64,000 nucleotides of DNA from positions 29,016,001 to 29,080,000 of the forward strand of contig CM022665.1 in assembly GCA_012295275.1 (NCBI GenBank), written 5' to 3'. Of this stretch, positions 56,042 to 64,000 are shown piece by piece. Position 1 is the stretch's first letter; each line of letters opens with the position of its first letter. This DNA comes from Chrysomallon squamiferum. Lineage: Eukaryota > Animalia > Mollusca. Below the pieces are notes generated by a model. The model made no database searches and had not been told where the DNA came from. It worked only from the letters and a program-made list of their open reading frames with translations. The position numbers and the translations under genes were made by a program.

Positions 56042-58354
56042 ATCAAATGGCAACAAATATTTATTAAACGTATCTGAAATCGAAATTCAAATACTTTTAA
56101 CACAATTTAGAAGGAAAAAAAATGGTAATAGTAGAGGTGGTGGTATAGTAGTACTACTGTAGAGCAGTTATAGTATGGGTAGTAGTAGCAGTAGTAACAG
56201 AAATGTTCTGTATCATTAACTTACCAACATCCCATTAAAAATAAACAAACATCTAGCACACGCGGCAAAATTAACTACAAACTGAACAGATGCCGAATTC
56301 CTGAGAAGGACATTTTTATCACACTATCAACATTCCTGTGTCCACCTGACCTCATTTTTGTCAATAACTTAATGACGTTTATGTCAACATCTTCGTTTTA
56401 CTTTTGACCAGGTCAGTATCCCATTGAAGAATCCATCCACACATCTTATGGTCAGTTAAACCCGCACGTGTCTTTTGACAGAGTGGTTATTATCAACATA
56501 ACAGATCTGTCATTTCCACCTGTCTTTATAAATAAACATTTGCCCCTTTTCTCTTCTTTTTCAATAGGTGTATCTAGTTTCATATTTTGTTACTGATGTT
56601 GATTTTTGTATATATTGTGTTCTGTGGCGGATTCAGCAGTCTACATAATCAAGTCTTTTGAACTTAATATAGCAAATACTTCTTTGGATAAATCTGAACG
56701 CGTAATTGGAAAAATTTCTTAACTAAAAATGACAAAAATCACAAAGGGGAAAATTAAGTTACTACATATGCTATGTAACATAACAGGTCTAATAAAAGAA
56801 AGTAATCAGAAGAGAACTTTAATTATCTTATTTAATTGTTACGTTATTATTATTATTATTATTATTAAATAATGTTAGGTACAGTCTTATAGTATTCCTT
56901 TTCTATGGAGATGCAATGACTAATTTTTAAAAAGAAATTAATTATTTCAAATGAAAATGTCCGAATCTCGATCACAACGGTTTTTCACAACTTCATTACC
57001 ATTATCAAATATATAGAGTTGCAAGGGAATCAATGTGGATTTTTTATATTTAAAATGATAACATTTGTATCTCAGATGTACTGCAGACTTTTATTATTTT
57101 TAAAACAAAACAACAGCATAATTATTCGACACCTTTTATTTAAATGATAATTATGTTGACCGAATGGGCGTATATAAAGCAAGTTTGATTTCATTATAAA
57201 TGCATTTAACATGTAAAATAAAAATATTCCAGAAATATGTACATATTTATTTATATTTATCATAGTCATTATAGTTTGCACACAGACATCCACTTTGACA
57301 TTTAACGTACTGAAACATAACAGTCATGTGGTCTTGTTAAAACTAATACAACGGATAACACTCATGTGTACCATAATAAGCTGAGAAAATTAGGTTCACA
57401 TGACTAATAATAGAATTTAAAATGCCATATTTGCAATTACTCATACATATTTAGGAAATAGTTTAAAATTTTAAAGCAGTCGTTTTGTTTTTGTTTTTTC
57501 TTCCTTTCCGTTTCTTTTTATTTCGTTCATTTATTTATTTATTGACTTATTTATTTATTTCATTTTTAATTTTATTTTTAGGGAAAACGATTCTGTTAGT
57601 GTAATATTTTATACATTTAGAGCATAAATTTATTCATATATCTGTGTAATTGAGCACATTTCTTATTTTCTGTTTGTTTATTAATGTCCTTTGTTCTGTG
57701 TTTTTTTTATTATTTTTTTTTTTATAATATTTTTAAATGATTGATTTATGTATTTATTTATTATTTAAGTTCCTACCGGTTCCCAATTATGTGTCCAATG
57801 AAACTATATATACTTCGGTAAATTGCTTGTCTCACAAACACAGATATATGTATATGTTGTTTAGGATTGCAGGAGAGAACAAATAACAGCTGAGGTCGAA
57901 TGTCGAAGGCAGCTCGGCAGAGCCTCGCTTAATACAGCATTCCAATCTTTGGAGGGTAAAGCCGCTGTCTTAAGACAATAACCAGTAATTCCACACACAC
58001 ACACACGCAACAATGATAATGATAAGCAGCAAAACATTTGTGTGTGTGTGTGTGTGTGTGTTTGTTTGTCATATGTAGCAATTCTCTCGATAAAAAGTTA
58101 CGAACAATCTTTATTTTTTGTTATCCTTTGCACTGTCTAGGGGGGGAAGGGAGAACATATATGCTATTCATACATGCTAACTTCGTCCTCACAATTACAA
58201 ATTTCTAAATTTCATACTATACAGTCATCAAAGAAAGAAATTTCAATACATTTCGTTTCATTTTAAAATAAATGATCAGAAAAAAAAATAGAAATAAATA
58301 TATAAAAATTATACATACACTATATCTTATTTTGCTATCTAGTATGGCGAAAAC

Positions 58355-58490
58355 AGTCAGATACTGAGATCCGAGAAGCGTTGCAATCCCCTCGGTCTCG
58401 AGGGATGTAACTCATGAAAAATCATCACCCACTAATCATCATGTGTCTGAGGCCAAAAGGCCACAGGTAAGAATTAATCTACCTGATGAC
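58355..58490 (-). ncRNA. SNORD118: U8 small nucleolar RNA (box C/D, large-subunit rRNA processing)
   Basis: Minus strand GTCATCAGGTAGATTAATTCTTACCTGTGGCCTTTTGGCCTCAGACACATGATGATTAG...GAGACCGAGGGGATTGCAACGCTTCTCGGATCTCAGTATCTGACT. The 5' end resembles recalled vertebrate U8 (ATCGTCAGGTGGGATAATCCTTACCTGT); internal box C ATGATGA (58442-58436), TTGCAAC in the last hairpin loop, terminal box D CTGA (58360-58357); ~136 nt with four hairpins. Confidence 0.87.
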
Positions 58491-59161
58491 GAAGTATAAA
58501 CGCGTACACTAATGCATTTGTAGTACGTCCATTTGATACTTACAATGGTCATATAGCTGTACATAAAGTATGTATATATATATATAATTCAATTTAATAT
58601 TATTAAATATATTGCCGAAATTTTAACTTTTTATACGATATGGTACTGAACATCATTTTGATGATGAATTTATGTTTCTTGTTATGAAATATTTATAAGA
58701 ACGAATATCAAATTTAATACTAATGGGGTGTAATATCCATAATACATTATACACTATCGTAGTACACGCTAGACTCACACATTATAGGTTTTTGTTCCTG
58801 GTAAAAACAAACACATAAATCTGACCAATTCTTGAAGTAAGTCTTGAAATGCAGTGTATTTGACAGAATCTTATGTTACTTTTCACTGAATCAGTGAATG
58901 TGCATTCATCCAAAAACTGCACTTCATTAACTTCAAACAACAAAATAAACAAATTTTATTATTTTGACCCAATAACATTATCTGATTCCTACCGCTGCGC
59001 CTGATTTTTAATTAATCGGTTTTGCTTTCTAGCTAAAAAGTGCAGTTATTCAGTATCTAAATAATTATGCGCAACCGACTGATTCGCACAGCCAGAGTGA
59101 AAATAGTTTTTAACTCTTAACAGACGGGAAGTGGTGGAATAAAAGGGGAAATAACTCTTCT

Positions 59162-59171
59162 ATCACGTGAT
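59162..59171. promoter_or_regulatory. CLEAR/M-box E-box (MiT/TFE site) at the ATP6V1D 5' end
   Basis: Perfect palindrome ATCACGTGAT ending 33 bp before the ATG of a V-ATPase subunit. Confidence 0.65.
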
Positions 59172-59204
59172 TACAAGTCGCATCGGCTGAAAAATTAATT
59201 CGAG

Positions 59205-59886
59205 ATGTCTGCAAAGGATAGATTGAATGTTTTCCCATCGCGGATGTAAGTGTTTTATATATGTAAACAATAAGTGACAGCTATTACAAATGGTATATTC
59301 TATAATAATAACACAGCTTTTTATTGCTAATTTGTGCCGATCTTCATCTGATTGTCGATCGTTTTTACACTCATGAACAACTTAACATTAAAATTAAATG
59401 ACAAGTCAAATGGAATAAAAGTCCTGTAACAACTGGCTAAAAGATCAATCTTTTTGTAATTTACACATTACATGAATATTATATTTTCCAGAAATAATTT
59501 TATGGAATACATATTTACCAATTCCAATACATTACCGTCTCCAGATTTAAATACATGTTCACTCAATCACTGTTCAGTGAAAGTGGATTTAGTTGAAGTA
59601 CTGAAGAAGTATTTTTCCCCTTTCAGCACTTTTCCTCTTATTTATTTTAATGTATTTATACACCAGTGTCAACATCAGTTTCATTCGCATCAAGTAAACC
59701 TTGAGTTATCAGGAATATATTCAAACAGTTAAATTTTATGGATTTTAGATCCATATATTTTACATTTATGATGTACAAAGGCTTCAAAGAATTAAAGGAC
59801 CTGGATTTATTTTGTTGTCACATAGTCAAGATCAAGTTTCATTGATATTACTCCTCAATTAGGCACGTGTGTGTTGTTGCTGGAAA

Positions 59887-59935
<49 letters not shown>

Positions 59936-62014
59936 GTCATCATACATATCCATTAAGTTTGGAACTCATAAAAGGAAATAATTGCATAAATGATGATGAG
60001 TCTAGCTAGTTCCAGTACAAACAGAACAGATTCATTCTGCTAACAAACACTTACAAATATTATAATTTATTTTATTTTTGTAGGGCCATGACCCTTATGA
60101 AGCAGAGGCTGAAGGGGGCACAAAAAGGTCATAGTTTGCTGAAGAAAAAAGCTGATGCACTTACCTTGCGGTTTAGATCTATATTGAAGAAGATTATTGA
60201 GGTGAAGTTAATATAATTATCTTTATAATATCCATATTTTTATAGTAAAATATCTAAACTAAGTTACATAAGTATAATTCATTGAAAGACTGATGAGGCT
60301 GTGTAATTCCTTTCAAAAAAAACCAAAACAGTTCTCCATGCACCTTTTCATTACATTATTGCATTGATCCATATATATGGCTGTTATTGACTCCTGTAAA
60401 CAAATTTCTGTTTCAGACCAAGGTATTAATGGGTGAGGTGATGAAGGAAGCATCTTTCTCCCTGGCAGAGGCTAAATTTACAACTGGTGATTTTAATCAC
60501 ATCGTGCTACAAAATGTTAATAAGGCACAGATAAAAGTCAGAAGCAAGAAAGATAATGTTGCAGGCATGTTGCTTTATTCATACAAAATCAACATTTTAC
60601 AATGAAGTTGACTTTTTTTTAAAAACTTGGAACTGGCAGAAACTTTGTAAACCTTTTTCTGATTGTACTACCATGGATGTTCTTTGCTTTAAAATATCTG
60701 CCAGACTATAAATAAAAATCTGTCAGTGAATTGTCATTTGGCACTGACAGGAATTTAAAACATATTAATCCTTTTAATAATTTTTCAACAATATATTTAT
60801 TTTCAGGTTGGAGTACTTTATAACATTATAATTTATTTTTCAGGTGTTCAGTTACCTGTATTTGAACATTATCAGGATGGTGCTGATAGTAAGTACATTC
60901 AGCTAAATTGTAGTTTTGTTCCAAGTTATAAACTTAAAAAATTACAGAATGGACATACATATATGCATAATTTTAAAACTAATATTGTTGTTGTTTATTT
61001 TACCAAGCATTACAGTAATAATAATATTTTATTTTTATGCAGCATATGAACTGACAGGGTTGTCCAGAGGAGGCCAGCAAATAGACAAATTAAAGAAGAA
61101 TTATGCAAAGGCTATACAGTTGCTGGTGGAACTGGCATCTCTTCAGACTTCTTTTGTAACTCTTGATGAAGTCATTAAAATCACAAACAGAAGAGTCAAT
61201 GCAATTGAACATGGTATGCAAAGGCTTTTTGTTTTTTACATGAACTGTTTCAGTTCCATTACTATTTCTTATGTGTAATGTAACCAGTTAACGTCTTATC
61301 CATTTCCATAATGTTTTAACTGTTTAATAAACAAGCTTAGTCGTAACCAGAATTTCATAAAAAGTTGGATTCTTTTTTATCATTATAGTGGATAAAATTT
61401 CAAAAGAATCTTTTGATTTGTATGTGGACAGGCAGTAGTGGGTAGATGCCATATTGTTACTGAAACTGAAATGATTTTTTTTTTCAGTAATTATTCCCAG
61501 AATTGAAGCTACATTAGCTTATATTACAACAGAACTTGATGAAAGAGAGAGGGAAGAATTTTACAGGTAACAAATTTTAGCATTAACAAAATAATTAATA
61601 ATTACATAAAGCTAACTAGAAATGTAATTACTTATTTTTATTACTTATTCAATAAATTATTTGTAATTTTGTTTAGATTTTATGGTCATATTCATAACTG
61701 CAAGCTTTATTATAATATTTATTGTGCATTGAAAGAACGAGTATTTTTTTGGATGTGTTATATAGCTTTCCATAAATGGATTTATTTTTTTGTTTGTTTC
61801 CATTTTATTAACATCAGCAAAATGCTTTAATTACTTTGTAATTAAATATTAAAATATCAACAGATTAAAGAAGATACAGGAGAAGAAGAAAAAAATTCGA
61901 GCAGCAGCAGAATTATTGAGCATAGAAAGGAAGCGAATATTAGGACTTGCAGAAGAACAAACTGCTAATTTAGTGGATGATGATCACGATGAAGACCTCC
62001 TCTTTGCAGACTAG
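59205..62014 (+). CDS. ATP6V1D: V-type proton ATPase subunit D (250 aa); exons 59205-59245, 60084-60201, 60417-60564, 60844-60888, 61043-61213, 61488-61566, 61864-62014
   Basis: [123 protein letters not shown]. Confidence 0.98.
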
Positions 62015-64000
62015 CAGCAGAATAAAGAATTTAATCCACTTCAAGCAAGAACTAGTTACAAAGTTGTTTAGTGTATTTTGTAAACATAGAAAAATGTCCA
62101 ACTATTGGTGCGAATGCAGTCTAACAGTTTTTTTCTTTCATTTTTTTTTTTTTCCTCTTTCTTTTTAATAAATTATAAGTTAAATATTTATTTATTTATA
62201 TTGTTAAATCAAATAACAGAAAGAAATATTTGGGGCATTGCTGATGGAATAATTTATTAAACATTTTCATTTATTACTGTTGACCTTAACAATACATTCC
62301 AGAGGTTAAAAGTAGGTTTCATAAACATGTGATAGTAAGCACTTTGTTGAGCAAAGTGTTAAATTGTTTTATATGTTAAAGATTGATTGTTATTTTTGTC
62401 CACTGTTTGACTGTTTTCATCATTTGATACACTTCCCCCATACATAGGTGTCTCCTGGGACTGTAAACTACATCCCTTAGGTTCTTTTTTAAAATCTGAA
62501 TGAACTGAAGTAATATGTAATTTTGATAAGATCGTTTTTATTTCTTTTTAGGCTTTTTTTTTTTTTGTTTTATAAATATGTTGCATGTAGGCCTACCACA
62601 TGAAGAGAGATTTCTGGAAATAATTAATGTGGTATTCTTTTTTCTTTTAAATAATTGTCTCCTCATGTTAGTCATTGTACATAGTTGTAGAAGTATAATG
62701 CAACTTAATGCATTAAAGATGTAATCTGTTAAAGATATCACTGTAAATCACATAAAAATCAAAACATAAAATATCTTGATTTACACTGCTAAAATATTTT
62801 GCATAACAATAGGTTTAGTATTTTATGAGTTTTATTGCTTTAAAAAATAATAATGTTTATGTGTTTTTATATTTAGAGCCTGTTTCACCATGAAGACCAG
62901 TACTGTAGTATGGGTAACATACCTCTTTCATTTTTTTAAACATATATATTTTTAAAACATTTTAATATCAACAGTTTTTAGATCAAATCAGGCCAAGTCA
63001 CCTTTATTTGCTTGCAGTAAAAAAAATCACAGTTTTGTTTTATTGTAAAGTCTAGTTACATAACAGAATAAAGAATTATGTTTCAACATTCTATTAAAAT
63101 GGATTTTTAAAATCAACTACAAATACAATTTTGTGTTTTAGGAAAATTGTTATTTTTCTTTCTTTCTTTTGGTGATGGCATCAGTTATTCAAAATGTTTT
63201 GTTTCTGTATAATTTATTTATTTATTTATTTTTTTATTATTATTATCATCTTTCTTTTTTCATTTTTTTTTTCATTTATGTATTAGATTTTCTGAGAGAA
63301 CATTTTGAAAATGCACATAAATAATCAAGATCAGTAAAAACTACATACAAATATTTGGCAACAGAGTGTACAATTAAATGTAAAATCTAGATTGTGCCGT
63401 GGCATTTATGAACATTTCTGTGTTTGAGGTAATATACATGATTAAGGCTTACTATAAGAATCAAGTGTATTTATGTATGTACTATTGGATATTGGTACTT
63501 AAACAGTTTTACTAGTCTTAAGATAGTAAACATATTAATACTAACAGTTGCAATCGAGAGTAGCTAATTTTGTAGTAGAGGCTAATTAAGTGTGGTATTG
63601 TGGATATTTCTATGGCCCATATGTGGGTTATCAATGTACATTTTGATTCCATTTCAGATGTCGGTGTATAACATACACTGAAGGAATAAAAATTAAAATA
63701 CTAATGCAGGCTTGGTTTTTTATTTTTTATTGATATTATTACTAAGTATAAGCATCCATTAAATCTTTATTTTTATATAAACCAATTGCAGAATATCAAG
63801 ATCAAAACACATTATAATTTTCTTTGTTTATATATTTTGTGACAAATGTTTTGTGGCACATTATCATAAAACCTTAAATACACGATTCTAACAATTATAT
63901 GAATTTTATTTACAGTGTTTTTTAAAAGATCAAGATGTTTATTGCTTTTTGCTGAAATTTCACAGATATAAAATCAGACTAGATGGATATCAAACATCTG

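Noticed and set aside
57890-57900. TTCGACCTCAG on the minus strand, like the 28S rRNA 5' end, near U8
   Set aside because: Only 11 nt match and the flanks are not rRNA-like; expected by chance.
58445-58495. Hammerhead-ribozyme-like CTGAGGCCAAAAGGCC / CTGATGACGAA on the plus strand
   Set aside because: The CUGANGA...GAAA core is not correctly arranged; the hairpin is better explained as U8 stem 2 on the minus strand.

Overview
AT-rich, intron-containing animal DNA with many microsatellites; protein style and repeats suggest a lophotrochozoan, probably a mollusc (inference). Most ORF-track entries are spurious, so genes were rebuilt by hand from splice sites and phase checks. Eight spliced protein genes: CEBPZOS-like (-), SLC30A6/ZnT6 (+), TMEM62 (-, with a 1-nt frameshift in exon 12), FAM177A1 (+), a coiled-coil gene possibly related to KNSTRN/SKAP (+), DNAAF2/kintoun (+), an uncharacterised ~397-aa PH/GRAM-like gene with an 11-kb first intron (-), and ATP6V1D (+, one GC-AG intron, CLEAR box in the promoter). 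Also a decayed Tigger/pogo element, an internally deleted mariner and two minisatellites. The best hidden feature is an apparently intact ~136-nt U8 (SNORD118) snoRNA gene on the minus strand at ~58355-58490, divergent from ATP6V1D. Homology calls rest on recalled family sequences, not database searches. No clearly new multi-gene system was found.
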